Shown: one piece after another, positions 39,426 to 55,527 of the stretch | Position numbering within the stretch: the stretch's first letter is position 1 | Layout: every line of letters starts with the position of its first letter | Assembly (NCBI GenBank): GCA_012295275.1 | Contig: CM022673.1 | Coordinates: forward strand, 11,780,001-11,844,000 | Source of the DNA: Chrysomallon squamiferum | Taxonomy: Eukaryota > Animalia > Mollusca | Direction: 5' to 3' | Length of the DNA stretch: 64,000 nt | Position numbers and translations under genes: made by a program | Notes under the pieces: generated by a model | Told to the model about the DNA's origin: nothing | The model's database searches: none | Seen by the model: the letters and a program-made list of their open reading frames with translations, nothing else

Positions 39426-40493
39426 TATTATTCCTAATCTATGTGCGTTCATCCTCTCCATATTATATTTATTCATTCTGCTGTTAAAAAAATTAATTCA
39501 GAATTTTGTGCTACTTTCTTTTGATTCTCACATTTCATTTGTGTTTTTTTTGTTCCTCTCGAATTCGTTGTTCCTGTTTTCATCTTAATTCATTGTTTTG
39601 TACGTTTTCAGTACATCATTCTATTGATCTTAATTTATCTTTATTCATTCTTTGTTTAATCAAATTTTTCGTTTTATTATTTTTTTTTCAAAATTCTTTT
39701 TTCTATCCGTTTGAAATAATTATAACGTCCATTCTTCAGTTTAGGAATGAATGTATGTGTAAGTATTTTAAATAAAACAAGGACTAACGTAGGTGAATTA
39801 AAGGGGGGAATACTCACGTGGTCTGAAGTCTTCTTTCTGTCGAATAATATACACGAAGTTCCTGTTGAAACAGTACTAGTATCACTTAATAAGTGAGATC
39901 TGTAAATGATTTATTATATATTTAAAAAAAAAAAAAATTAAATAAAATAATAATAATAATAATAATACTAAAAAAAAAATATGAAAATGAAAACAAAAAA
40001 AATAATAATAAAATTAATAAATTAAAAATAAAGAACAGATGTTAATTCGGATAAATAAAATAGGGTGTGTGTGTATTTATATATATATACCTACACATTT
40101 TTTATACGTATATGCTTCTAATATTTCACTCACACGAATAAAAATACCACCTACGCTCATCCATCCATACATATGTTTAAAGTAAATGCAGGTTATTTCA
40201 GTTTTAATGACATATCGTCAGTGAAACGTCAAATGAACACATTTTTATTTTTACTGTTTTTAATACTAACGATTACTAACGTCTGTTCCATTATCATACT
40301 GTATTTTTATTTTATTTTATTATTATTTTTTATGAATGAATTTTAACGATGCGTCTACATGTTCCATTGTTAACGATTATCAGTTATCTAACACATAAAT
40401 ACAGACTCACACACATATAAACACCTACTTCCATTTATTTGTAATATATAGGCAGGATACGTCTGCACATTTCAGTATTAAGTTTCACTCACT

Positions 40494-40545
<52 letters not shown>

Positions 40546-40718
40546 ATATTTTTATATAATTTTATATACGGGATATGGCAGCATATTTTAAGTTTTAAAT
40601 TTCTGTCATACAAATACACACATATAAAACACGTATTTATATTTTCATGTAATATTATATACAGGATATGGTAGCATATTCTAATATTAACAGTTATTCG
40701 ATTTTACTGTCACTGACA

Positions 40719-40762
<44 letters not shown>

Positions 40763-41964
40763 AACACACACACGTCTGTGATTGTGTATGCATACATGTG
40801 AGTATATGTGTGTGTATTTGTGTGTACTTTTACATACATACATACATACATGCGCGCATACATACATAAAAACACATTCACATTCACATATATATATATG
40901 TGTATGTACGTATTCTTTTTAAGTATATATTCATGTATGACCGCATACAGCTGTCTACATATCGATTTAATAACTATACATATAATTATATATTTTATAT
41001 AATCATTAGAAACATCTACAATTAATTGACAAAAATATGTTATTAAAAAGTGGAAATATATTTTTTTAAATATTTTTATATAATATTAAATAAGGATATG
41101 GTAGCATACATTTTATGCATGGTGGCATACAAATGACTATGCATTATTTTAATAACTAAACACACAAGTCTGTAAACAACAGAAATATGTCATTAATCAC
41201 TTGTTTAAGCCTGATGAATTTGTTTTGTTTAAAAGTTTGACAGTAATATTAATAATCGGTTGTTTCCTTTTTGTCTTTTTTTTTATTTATTTATTTATTT
41301 ATTTATTTTATTTATTTGTTTATTTGTCTGTTTACTGGTTTCTTTGTTTTCATTTTATCGTTTCTTTTAGTCGTTTTTTTTTTCTTAGCTGTTTTTAATT
41401 TTATCATTGTTTTTTTGTATAAGTATTATAACAGTATTTGTAAGTTTTTAAACATTTATTTTGAGATTGTTTTTATTAAACAATTTTAAAACTCGTGGTA
41501 GATATAAAATATAATTAATGTTTTAATGTTATAAAGCACATACATACACACACACATATGTATAGACACAAACACATCTCAGAGTGGTTGTAATATGCAA
41601 TGTTATTATTACATATTGACCATAAAGTTAAAGTAAGTTTACATTTCTTTTTTTTTTTTTTTATACGTATATCTTACACAGTTTCCATTAATATGTTTCT
41701 TCTTTGAATAAAGAAGGAAAACCTGTAAAAATATTATTTCTCTAATTATTAAAAACAGTTTTTAAACAGTTCATTCATTCATCTTCATTTTGTCTTTTTT
41801 CCAATTTTGTTTGTTTTCACTCTTCTTTTATTATTATTATTTTTATTTTTTCTTTCGTTTTTTTTTTTATTATTATTTTTTTTATTTGTTCTTTCTCTCC
41901 TGTCTATTCTTCCCTGCGTCTTTTTTTCCCTTCTGTTTTTCTTGCTCTTCCTGATACGTTTTAA

Positions 41965-42330
41965 CAGTAACCGTCAGATAATCATAATCATGGCTGATCA
42001 TTTCTGGTGACGTCAGATGGAATTATTTAATAATGGATATGGCGAAGACGGTCTCCTTGTCTTGTGCTGTGTAACTTGTTATTCAAAAACTCAACAAGAA
42101 CAAAAAAAAAAAAAAAAAAAAAAGAATCTAAAATTTTAAAAACAAAAAAGCTATATAAAAAAAAATTAGCATCACAGTCGTGAAACACAGATGTAATTCG
42201 TCAGTACACAGGATCGTGTCATTATTTTCGTGAGTTAAGTAAAATGTCGTCACTAGCACGTGAAGGAAGATTACGTGGCTGATGACAGCACTCACGTCGC
42301 GTCTTTCGTTTACGATCGTGTGGACTGATT
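41965..42330. promoter_or_regulatory. Enhancer-like island
   Basis: TGACGTCA 42008-42015; CACGTG and several ACGT cores at 42255-42300. Confidence 0.35.
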
Positions 42331-43617
42331 TATAATTAATCTTCCTATTAACTGTTTTTACTTGTTTTTCTTTTCTTTTTTCTTTTTCTTTTTTTTATTT
42401 CAATTATTTAATAATTTTATTTTAATTATATTTTCCCTTCTTTCTGTTCTTTTTCTTTCATTCTTTCCATCTGTCCTTTCTTCTTATTTCATTCTATTTT
42501 TTTCATTTTGTTTATACAGTTTTCGTTCTTTCCTTATGTTCTTTTTTTTTACTTTTACATCTACTTATATTATCTCTACAGCTGCTGCTGCTACTACTGT
42601 CACTACAACACCGTCGTTTCTACTACTACCACAACTATTACTGCTACTATCACCACCACCACCACACTACTACCATATCTATTGCTATCACCGTCTGCTA
42701 CTACAACTGATACTACCATCATCATCATTAGTACTAGCATCTCTGCTACTACTACTAATATTAAAATATTCTACAACGACAACAGCAACTACTACCAGAG
42801 TCAATATTCACCACTACTACTACTAGTAATAATAATAATTATTATTATAATAATGAAGATGATGATGATAATGATGATTATAATATTAATCATAGAAATT
42901 ATCATACTAAAAATGATGATAAAAATAATAGTATAAAATTAATTATTATTTTTATTATAATTATAGTAATTATAATCATCACTATCGTTGTCGTCATCAT
43001 CAAAATGATTGATTTGTTATTATTCATTTGGTACCGCTACAAAACGACTACAGTTATCATTATAATTATTGACGTCATTGGCATTTTCATAGTCATCATC
43101 ATCTTCATTATTATTATTATTATGATTATGATTATGATTATTATTATTATTATTATTGTTATTATTATTATTATTATTATTATTGCTGTTGTTGTTCTCA
43201 TTGTTATCATAGTTATTATTATAATTATTATTACTACGTTATTGTGGTTGTTATTATTATTATTATTATAGTTATAGTTATTGTTATAATTATTATTACT
43301 ACCGTTATTATTATTATTGAAATTACTACTACTACTACTACTGCTTCTGTTATTATTATTATTGTTGTTGTTGTTGGTGTAAATATTGTTTAGTGTTTTT
43401 GTTATTGTTGTTGTTGTTATTATTGTTGTTATTATTATTACTACTACTGTTATTGTTATTATTATACTGTTACTGATATTGTTATTATTATATATATTAT
43501 AATCATTGTTATTATTATTATTATTATTATTGTTGTTGTTATTATTATTTATTATTATTGTTATATTATTATTATTATTATATTATTATTATTATTGTTA
43601 TATTATTATTATTATTA

Positions 43618-43660
<43 letters not shown>

Positions 43661-44550
43661 TATTATTATTATTACTAGAATGTTCTTTCCGTTTTTAACT
43701 GTTTTCAAATGTTTCTGTTTAACAGTATTATGACACGAAATGCGTCATTCTTTACAATGTCTTCCTGGTTTCATTTCTTTTTATATCCGTTCTTCTCAGC
43801 GCTGTATTCTGTCGATTTCGCAATACCTTCTTATTACTTCCTAGAGTTTTGTCAGTACTCGGAAATAACAATGACTGACATACGCACACGCAAAAACATA
43901 CACAAACACAGATAGATAAATAGATAAACAGAGAGAGATAGATAAATAGAAACTGATTGGTTTTATTACTACTCAGATTACAGGTAAAAAATGTAAAAAA
44001 AAATGATGATGATGATGATGATAATAATAATAATAATACTAATTTTAATAATAATAATAAATAAAACTAATAAAGTAGTATTAGCAGTATTAGTAGTAGT
44101 GTTAGTAGTATATTAATAATATTAACAACAAAACGACAATGACAATAATTAAGATGATGATGATGATGACGACGATGATGACAATGATCACAATGCAGAC
44201 GCTACAACAATGACTGAGGACAACAACAGTAATGATGAGGATCAAAAGTGATCTATTAATAACAAATATTAATGAATATGGAAGGACATAAAGAACAAAA
44301 AATTAAATAAGAAAAATATATGAAATTTGATATTTATATTACGTCTACTACTACTACGTCTACAGCTATTACTACTACTATTACTACTACTACAGCAACA
44401 TAAACAATAAAACTAATATCAAAAATTACAATAAGAATTTTCTTATCTTCAACTAAAACATCGCAGCAATATGATGTCATAAAGGTGAAGGACGTTTGTC
44501 TAGCAGCATTATTCTTAAACCATTATCATTACGTATTACCGTTAGGCAGA

Positions 44551-44613
<63 letters not shown>

Positions 44614-45121
44614 GCAACATCTTTAATAATGCTGTAATAACTAAATATTAAGTACAAAATCATAAATCAATAATCAATAAATAAATTTAAAGGAAAACAA
44701 CAACAACAACTAGCATGATACCAAAAACGATGATAATAATAATAATATAAAAAATCATAGTGATGTTTATAAAAACTGAGTAACAACGACTACAACAATA
44801 ACAATAAAATTAACAGTAATAATGATAATAAGGATGATGATAATGCTGACGATGACAACTAAGATGATGATGAAAACGACAACAGCAGCAATAATAATTT
44901 TATCATTCTGTTAAAAATTAATAAATTGTAAACGTAACGTTGTATTCATTTTACTTAGGCTTTGAAACCTTATTGATTTTACTATTAATAATTAATATCT
45001 CATTTTATTAGCTGTGTCAGATTAAAACGTATTTTTGATGTGAAATAATTAATACACCCTCAGTAACGTCTTAAAATATTATTGTAATTATTTTATTATT
45101 AGTTATATTGCAGTGTTGTTG

Positions 45122-45180
<59 letters not shown>

Positions 45181-45653
45181 TTTTTTTTTAAATGTACTGG
45201 TTGAAAATATAAAATTTATATAAACAGTCAAAACTCTACCTTTAAAAACAGTCGTTTAGCTTTAATTTTCTAATATTAAAAAAAAAAAAAAAAAAAAAGT
45301 AGAAAAGCAGTAATAGTAATAGTATTACCAACAATAATTGTATCATTAGTACTTGTTGTAGTAATAATAAGGATGATGACGATGATAAAAAAAACAATAA
45401 CAACAGCAATAATAATGATAAAATTAATAATAATAATGATGATGATGATGATGATGATGATAATGATGATCACAGTATTTAAAAAGCTGAACCAAAATAG
45501 AAAAAAAAAATTTGAATATCCAGATTAAAAACACCATTAATGTATACATTTTCATAAATGAATCAAATATAATTAATTTTTATTTTTCACTTAAAAATAT
45601 TAATGATTTGACGTTTTATTAAATAGAAAATATGTACCAACGATCATTCAGTA

Positions 45654-45707
<54 letters not shown>

Positions 45708-45768
45708 CATCACACTCTCTCACACTCAGTTTCACTCTCCTTCTCCACTCTGTCTCTCACTCTTTTAT

Positions 45769-45801
<33 letters not shown>

Positions 45802-45899
45802 CACCTTCTGTCTCTCTCTTTACCTCCTTCCCCCTTCTCTGTGGTTTTCACTCTGACACAATCTTCCTGCATTTTCAGGAAGACTTAACGTATTTTATT

Positions 45900-45970
45900 T
45901 ATATATACGTCGCCTTCTAAAAAAAAATCTACTCTACTCCACTAGCACAACAAACTACGCGCTAAATAGA

Positions 45971-46013
<43 letters not shown>

Positions 46014-46300
46014 GTAACAGCGACTAGCAGGCGCTTTGCTTTTCGCTCAATCACGTGACTCTACCAATATAGCCAACATGGCGGTTATTTTTAGCTCGTG
46101 GATGTAATTCTGGTTAAGATCAATTCTTCAGCTGAGAAAAATCGATGGAGTTATTTTTAGCCCGCGGGATGTGACTTGAAATAAAGAAGCCCGTCGCGCT
46201 GCGAAACACGGATGTTTCGCGTTTTGCACGGTCGTCTCAGAACGCGATCGAAATAAAGACTCGCGTCTCTGACTCAACTACGACGACCACTCCGGCACTC
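45900..46300. promoter_or_regulatory. CpG-rich island with twin MEF2 boxes, TCACGTGA E-box, CCAAT and YY1-like site
   Basis: TTATTTTTAG 46085-46094 and 46151-46160; TCACGTGA 46051-46058; CCAAT ~46064; AACATGGCGG ~46075-46084. Confidence 0.6.
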
Positions 46301-46469
46301 TTAATTTATATGCAGATATTTCACATGCATCATCATGTCTGAACACTGCACACATTCGTGTCACAGATATTTGCACGTCTAAAAGTACATTTGTGATAAA
46401 TAAAGATAGGACGTTTATTATTATTATTATTCTTTTTAAAAACAAAATATTTTGTTTAATGTTCGTATT

Positions 46470-46504
<35 letters not shown>

Positions 46505-47079
46505 TCTCTGTTTGTTAGTCTGTTTGTACATCTGTCATATATATATATGACAGATATAATATGTATATTCTATATCTATCTATCTATTTATTTATCTGTA
46601 CACATACACACACAAAAGGTATATATATATGTGAGAGAGTGTGTGTGTGTGTGTGTATATATATGGGTGTATGGGTGTAGGGGTAAGCTAAATATGAGAA
46701 TATTTTTGTTATTTCTATATTCACTTTCTTATTTATTTTTATATGTTACTAAAGATAGGTATATTAATGTATTTTACATATTTAATTATTTCATTTCACA
46801 TGCATATATATTTATTAATGTTACTTTATTAGCTTTAAGTCTCTCGGCTCATTTGCATACATTTATATATGAAACACGCAAAGGGGACAAATGGTAATAA
46901 AATAGTGGATGGACAATTGTATATATTTTTAGCGAATGGTTTTGGAAGAATCCAACTATAATGTACTATTTAATGTCAGAATATGTAATTAGATATTTCA
47001 TTTAAAATTTGTTATTTTTTTTTTTTCGACACTAAATTTAGAAAATATACATTTTCAAAATTAAAAATGGAGCCTTCTG

Positions 47080-47120
<41 letters not shown>

Positions 47121-47941
47121 GGATAATGTTCGTATCTATAATCATACTACGAATAATATTAACTAAAATAGTACTATTAATAGTACTGAAACTAACAGTA
47201 GTAGTTGCAACATCAGTAGTAGCATTGTACTATTAGTAATAGTATTCGTAAAATACTGCAGTAGAAAGAGTACTGTTAGTAAGAGCAGTACAGCTCATCT
47301 ACATACTTAGTTCTCTAATCCTACTAATTTCGCTAATGGATTATTGCTTTTCTATTCCTTCTAGAAATATTTGTATTAAATACTTGTGGAAAAGTGCAGC
47401 TATTTTGAAAAGTACAGCATACATAAAAAAAAAAAAAAAAAAAAATATGGATATACAGAGAGGAGATGAAAAGATAATAAAAATTCAGAAGAAGAAGAAA
47501 AATAAAAAGAATGGAGAAAATTGTAAAGAAATAATTAAAAATGGAATAATTAATTCAAAGAATTGAGAAATAAGGATAAAGAATGAACAGATAGGAAGAA
47601 GAAGAAGAAGAAAAAGAAGAAAGAAAAGAAAAAACAAAGAAGAAAAAAAAACAAAAGAAGAAAACTAAAAGAATACCAAAAAAAAAAAAAAAAAAAAAAA
47701 AAAAACCGAAAGAAAAACAAAAACAGTAAAAAAGAAGAAAATGAAGAAAAAACGAAAAATGAAGCGAATAGAAAGAAAGCAGAAGAAAGAAAAAAGAAAG
47801 ACAATAAAAAGAAACTAAAAAAAAAAAAAAAATGATGCTAAAACTGAAGAAAAAGAAAAAAATGAACTAAAAAAAAAAAAATTAAAAATAAAAATAAATA
47901 AAGAAAGAAAAAGAAAGTAATAAGCAAACATCGAAAGAGTG

Positions 47942-47976
<35 letters not shown>

Positions 47977-48838
47977 CGTTAAACAAAATTGTTTGTTAAC
48001 AGTATTGCTTTAAGAATCAACGTTGTGTTTATTTCTGTCTTAAACATCCCGTTTTTAGAAAACCATCTCAAAGACTCGCTGATTCCAGAATCGGAGATTT
48101 CACAAAGAAATGTTTATGTGAACACTTGACAGTAATCTTACACAAAGGAGAATGAATGAATTTCTTTATCTGTGCCCACGCCGACTTTAGGATTAAAGCT
48201 GATTATGTTTCTGAAGTTAATGTAAAGGCGCAGATATGTAAAAATAATAACAACAACAATAATAATAATAATGATTAAGAAAACAGACAGTGAAAGGAAA
48301 CGTTCTGAAGTACTAATGTAATCATTGCTTTAAAAATAATTGAAGAAGGTAATTAATTATAAATAATTTATAAAAATTTAAAGAAGTAACAAAAGCTATA
48401 GTTTTGAAAATAATTGACGGAGATAATTAATAATAAATAATTTATCAAAATAGTTTTGTGTTAATTAAGAAAGATTATGTGCACTGTAAATGTTACTAAT
48501 TTTTGGGATAATTTTTTGTTTGTTTGTTTTTAATTAATTTTTTTTTTTTTTTTTAAAAAGGACACCTGAAATAATAATAAATAAATTTATTTTAAGAAAA
48601 ATCACGCCACTAATTTCATAAATGTATTGAAAATAAATTTAAAAAATATTTTAATTAATTAGTGATAAAAGCAGGCGCTACTAAGAACTAATAATAATTT
48701 TTTTTAATGATAATTATTTTAAAAATTATAAAACAAAATAAGCAATAATAATAATAATAAAAACATTGGTGTTACTACAAAACAAGCATTTTATAACAGT
48801 AATGTTTTAACAGCAACGAAAACAATAAAACAATAAAA

Positions 48839-48869
<31 letters not shown>

Positions 48870-48938
48870 GTAAGTAAGGAAGGAAGTAAGTAAGTAAGTA
48901 AATAAATAAATAAATAATAATGATGATAATAATAATAA

Positions 48939-49002
<64 letters not shown>

Positions 49003-49497
49003 ATAATGATAATAATAAAGGATTAATTTTTATGACATTTAATAATAATATTTATCAAATAGTAATTAATATTCAAACAGTGGTGTTGTTGAAAAAAAAT
49101 TGATATGATGATTTAAATAAAACGTTATCGGTCATAAAAATAATAATTAACAAGCCAATAAAATCTGCGGCAATTAAACAATACTGTTTTGAATAATAAT
49201 GATGATGATGATGATGATGATAATAATATAGTAATAGTAATAATAATAAATAAATCTAATAAAATAGTATTAGTGATATTAGTAGTAATGTTAGTAGTGA
49301 ATTAATACTAATTAATAATATTAACAACAAAACGTCAATAACAATACTTAAGATGATGATGACGATGATGATGATGATAATGAAGACAACACAAACGCTA
49401 CAACAACGAAGAAGAAGAAGAAGATATTACTAAAAAAATAAATAATAACATCAACAAAGCCAGCAGCAAGCACAATAATAATAACAACAACAACATC

Positions 49498-49583
<86 letters not shown>

Positions 49584-49671
49584 CAACAACAACAATATCA
49601 ACAATAACAATATTACTAACTATGGGTAATATATAAAAAAGAACATTTTAATTAATAAAGAAAGATGGTTA

Positions 49672-49850
49672 TGTTCACGATTTTATCAAACGTTGTGGTA
49701 TGTATTTTCCTGTAAAATACCTTGTCCCTTACATCGAACTTCCTCTGGAAAAAAACAACAAAAAAACACCCAACGAAATGTTTGATGTCCAATAGCTGAA
49801 AAATTTAATCGATAAACTCCAGCGTCTCTGTTAAAGAAAACAAACTTTAA
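49672..49850 (+). mobile_element. Degenerate SINE 3' fragment (tentative)
   Basis: TGTGGTATGT...TCCTGT and TGTTTGATGTCCAATAGC...GTTAAAGAAAACAAACTTTAA resemble gastropod SINE body/tail sequence as I recall it; not verified. Confidence 0.35.
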
Positions 49851-50037
49851 TTAATAGATGGTTTTAAATTTCTTCTTTGAATACTCATTAATGACTAAAA
49901 AATAAAAAATAAAATAATAATAACAATAATAAAAAATTAGGTTAATTTATAAAAAAATATTTTGTTTTTTTTGTTTAATGCTAAATATTTTATAATATCA
50001 AAGATTGGACATTATTTATATATTTTTTTATTATTTA

Positions 50038-50099
<62 letters not shown>

Positions 50100-50489
50100 T
50101 ATCATCATCATCGTCATCCTTACCATCATTATTATTATTATTTATTATTCTTATTGCTGTTGTTGTTGCTGTTGTTATTATGATCCTCCATCTCCTTCTC
50201 CTCCTCATTATCATCATCATCATCATCATCATCATTATTGTTGTTGTTGTAATATTATTATTATATTTTCCATGTAAACTCAAATATCAATTCGGAGCAA
50301 ATACCATCTTTTATGACGTCACATAGTAGATATTAATGTTGAAAAGATGGAGAAGTAATATTTTTCATGATGATTGATTCGCTTGTGTCTTTATATTCTT
50401 ATACTCAGTAAACAAATATATTCATCTAGGATTTTTTTAATTTTTTTAAATTTTAAATAAATATTTCAGATATTGAAATTTCGGTAAAA

Positions 50490-50523
<34 letters not shown>

Positions 50524-50871
50524 ACCACACGCACACACTCAAAAACAGAAACAGACAAAAAGTATATGTATGAAAAAAAAAAAAATAAAAAATAAAATAA
50601 AATAATCTGAATATTTATATTTCTTATGTAATTGTTATTACTTTATTATCAACAAAAATTGGTATCAAGTTTAACGAATATAAAAAAAAAATGCGTTGAG
50701 GCTCATCATAAAAAATTATATACAGATTATTTTTGTTATCATAAGAAGATTTGAAATTTTAAACAATTAAAATTCAATAAAATTAATCAATGAATAAATG
50801 ATAAAAAAAAAAAATATATATATATTTATATTCTCTTTGATAAAACTGATCATTTGGTTTTATTCTACTTT

Positions 50872-50966
50872 TGGGGATGCTATAGCTCAATATATCAAAG
50901 ATGTTTTTCCCGTTCAAGCCAGTTCTGCACTCAGCAACAGATCGATGCCGTGGTTTATATCACGTG
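50872..50966 (+). mobile_element. Degenerate SINE 5' fragment (tentative)
   Basis: A-box-like TAGCTCAA followed by TTTTCCCGTTCAAGCCAGTTCTGCAC...GCCGTGGT; a related TTTCCCATTCCAACCAGT occurs at ~52564. Confidence 0.4.
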
Positions 50967-51254
50967 AATGAAAATATTGTCATTAACATAAAGAAACAAC
51001 AACAACAAAAAAACAGCCCAACAAAACAAACAAAAAATCACATAAAAAACAAGAAAAAAAAGATATATACATACATACATACATATATAATAATTAAAAA
51101 TATATAATAATAAAAACATACAACAAAAACAAAAACCCAGTGATATAATCGATTTGTTCAATAAGATTGTTTTATTCTTTGTCATCTATGTTGTAACTGC
51201 TAGACATCATATGTCCCAGTATTAAATAGTTTTATTATTAATGTCATATTATAT

Positions 51255-52520
51255 ACATCACATTAACTTGAATACGGATTTCACTGTTAATATTTTTATT
51301 AATAATAATTTTAATAATAATATTATACTTCGCATTAACTCGAATACGGATTTCACTATTAATATTTTTATTAATAATAATATTATACTTCGCTTTAACT
51401 TGAATACGGATTTTACAACTAATAATTTCAATAATATTATACTTCGCTTTAATTTGAATACGGATTTTGCTACTAATAATTTCAGTAATAATATATACTT
51501 CACATTAACTTGAAAACGGATTTTACTGTTAATAATTTCAATAATAATATACTTCACATTAACTTGAATACAGACTTTACTACTAATAATTTCAGTAATA
51601 TACTTCATATTAATTTGAATACGGATTTTACTTCTAATAATTTTAATTATAATATATACTTCACATTAACTTGAATAGGATTTTAATATTAATAATTTGA
51701 ATAATAATATATACCTCACATTAACTTGAATACAGATTTTACTATTAATAATTTGAATAATAATATATACTTCACATTAACTTGAATACGGATTTTACTA
51801 TTAATAATTTGAATAATAATATATACTTCACATTAACTTGAATAGGATTTTAATATTAATCATTTCAATAATAATATATACTTCACATTAACTTGAATTC
51901 AGATTTTACTATTAATAATTTGAATAATAATATATACTTCACATTAACTTGAATAGGATTTTAATATTAATCATTTCAATAATTTATAATAATACAGACT
52001 TTACTATTAATAATTTCAGTAATATACTTCATATTAATTTGAATACGGATTTTACTTCTAATAATTTTAATTATAATATATACTTCACATTAACTTGAAT
52101 TCAGATTTTACTATTAATAATTTGAATAATAATATATACTTCACATTAACTTGAATACGGATTTTACTATTAATAATTTGAATAATAATATATACTTCAC
52201 ATTAACTTGAATAGGATTTTAATATTAATCATTTCAATAATAATATATACTTCACATTAACTTGAATTCAGATTTTACTATTAATAATTTGAATAATAAT
52301 ATATACTTCACATTAACTTGAATACGGATTTTACTATTAATAATTTGAATAATAATATATACTTCACATTAACTTGAATACGGATTTTATTATTAATAAT
52401 TTGAATAATAATATATACTTCATATTAACTTGAATAGGATTTTAATATTAATAATTTTATTAATGATATATACTTCACATTAAACTGAATACGGATTTTA
52501 CTACAAATAATTTTAATAAT
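51255..52520. repeat. 56-bp AT-rich minisatellite (~22 copies)
   Basis: CACATTAACTTG at 51773 and 51829 (period 56); unit TATACTTCACATTAACTTGAATACGGATTTTACTATTAATAATTTGAATAATAATA. Confidence 0.95.
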
Positions 52521-53619
52521 TTTACTATATTTATTAATATTAACTGATGATCCCTCTGACTTATTTCCCATTCCAACCAGTACACAAAGATTCTTTTTTA
52601 TTTGTTTATTTCATTTCATTTTATTTTATTTATTTTTTTATTTTTTTATTTTTTTCTCTCTATGGGAGGTATAAAAAAATAATCTCTCTCTTCTAAAGTA
52701 GAAAATGAAATAGATAACAACATATTCTCACTCGTATCATAAATACACCACAACGCCATATGTACGAAATTGACCAGCCGTCAATATTAAAATATACCGA
52801 GCAATGCAAAAGGACATATTGACTGATTCATTCACGACAGAACCACATAACATAGCAGCGGATTGTTTCAATATTACACATTTTTTGTTTACTCTGCAGA
52901 TTGTTCTGGAAGGATATGAATGGTTATTTGTTTAACAGTGGATTTTTGATGGTATTACAACTAGGCTGTGATATATGTATATGTGTGTGTATGTATGTAT
53001 GTATGTATGTATGTATGTATGTATGTATGTATGTATGTATGTATGTATGTATGTATGTGTGTGTGTGTCTGTCTGTCTGTGTATATATAAATATATGTAT
53101 GTGTGTGTATAAATACATGTATATATGTGTGTATGTATGTATACAAGTGCGTGTGTATGTTTTTATGTGTGTATCTATGACACAAACAAAAAAATAATTC
53201 GCTTTCGTTGAAAACATTATCTAAGAAGAAGAAACTAATGTTTTATTTAATGCTCATTTAAGCATCTTATTTATTCATCTGTTATACAAGAACTGATACC
53301 AAACAATCGATCCATTTAAAACTCACGTACGTCTAATTAACATTCAAGGGCTTGCAGTCTACGAACAGGTGTCACTTGCTCAATACAGCGATAGTTTAAC
53401 ATTTTAAGATATTCATTACAAGAACATAAACTGAACTAGGCTTACAAAGAAAACAAATTAGCTAGCAGCCTGCGATGAGACGCGAACTCTCTGCTTGTCA
53501 GTCTTCACGACAATCACTTAACCACTGTAACATCAAGGAAGGAATTAAAACACTTGTTGTGCTCTGTTTAACACGTTGATGTGTAGTAGACAAAGAGTAA
53601 GAGATCTGACTGAAAAATG

Positions 53620-53656
<37 letters not shown>

Positions 53657-53994
53657 AAAATGAAAAAAAGAAGTGATCATCTGAAGAAAACTTGGCTCAT
53701 CTATCTTTAACCAGGCGGTCTGTCTGATGCGAGTGCTGAGACGCAGAGGAACAGTTCCAGTATGACGAAGTTAACTCGCGTCTTTATGAATCATCAGCAG
53801 ATTACGCAATACACAGCAGAGTGTAAAGCACTAACTTCTAACTTAATACGTTCATACGTACACATACATACTATACTTATTATAAGTACGTACGTACGTA
53901 CGTTCATAATTTATATACCTAGATACATAATACTTACTTATATACGTATTTACGTACGTACATATACACATACATACATATTACACGTGCAAGG

Positions 53995-54042
<48 letters not shown>

Positions 54043-54254
54043 CATATATATACGTTAATATGTATATTAGTATGTATGTATATATATACATATATGCATA
54101 CCGCACAAAGACATACAATCATATATACATTGATTCATATATGAAACATATGTACGTACACACAAACATTTATTCATTCATTTATTCATACATACATAAA
54201 TAAGTACGTATACATATATATATATAAAATATATATAAAACTCATATTCCATCT

Positions 54255-54300
<46 letters not shown>

Positions 54301-54333
54301 TTAATACTACTGGCTCACCACGACTACTACTAT

Positions 54334-54401
<68 letters not shown>

Positions 54402-54519
54402 TCACTACTCTACGACTAGCATTAGTACTAGTATTACCACTATAACTTCTATAGTTGATACTACCCAAGTTACTGCTACTACAACTATTATTACTAGTAC
54501 TACTACAACAACAACAACA

Positions 54520-54572
<53 letters not shown>

Positions 54573-54670
54573 CATAACTACTATTACTACTATTATGGTT
54601 TTTGCTCTTCTTCATAATATTAATTATTATTACTATTATTATTTATTAACTTAATTTACTTAAATTACAT

Positions 54671-54736
<66 letters not shown>

Positions 54737-55435
54737 GTAATAATATAATGCATTATTGCGCAATGTCACTTTTCGATCACATTCACTGAACTAACTACAC
54801 CGTGGTTGTATCTGTTTGTTGTAACAGCTTGTCTCCCACCTACTACAGCATTACATTAAGTGTCATTAATTTCACACTCTCGTGTGTTTATTATAAATGC
54901 ATTTAAACCGAGTGAGATACACCGTGGGGCAGTGGGCGGTGTTAGATGGGATCACTTCTCCTCGGCTGCCGATAAGGTGACTTTAATCAAAAATGTACTT
55001 TGTTGCCTGTGGAGAAAATACACGAAACTACTGTATTCCCGAAACATGTAAAAGTAGATAATACTGTTTTGTTCAATAATCGTTAACTTGTATTTAATGT
55101 CTGTTAATAAGAAAATGGTATTAAGAGGTGGGGAAACAATATTTTTCCTTGATTCATTTATTCATTCATTCATTGTTTGACTGATTAAACCATTCATACT
55201 TTCGTCATTTCTTTCATTCTACGTGTGTGAAATTAAAAAACTAAAAAATTTGTTCACTGAAATTTGTGATAGAAATTAATTTGGATATCAGAATGGATAT
55301 CAGAATGGATATCAGAATGGATGAACTGTAATTGCTAATGATAAAATCTAACAGACTAAAGTATGTTAATCATTTGTTAAATTGTAATTTCTTTTTTTGC
55401 TTTATGTTATCCGAGTTGTATCAGTTGCAATAACT

Positions 55436-55527
<92 letters not shown>

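Noticed and set aside
48003-48026. TATTGCTTTAAGAATCAACGTTG, similar to miR-137
   Set aside because: Several differences from the mature sequence and no complementary arm nearby
51255-52520. Regularly spaced repeats as a possible CRISPR array
   Set aside because: Units are head-to-tail with no unique spacers, the context is eukaryotic, and there are no cas genes; the same applies to the 16-18, 27.8 and 34-36 kb arrays
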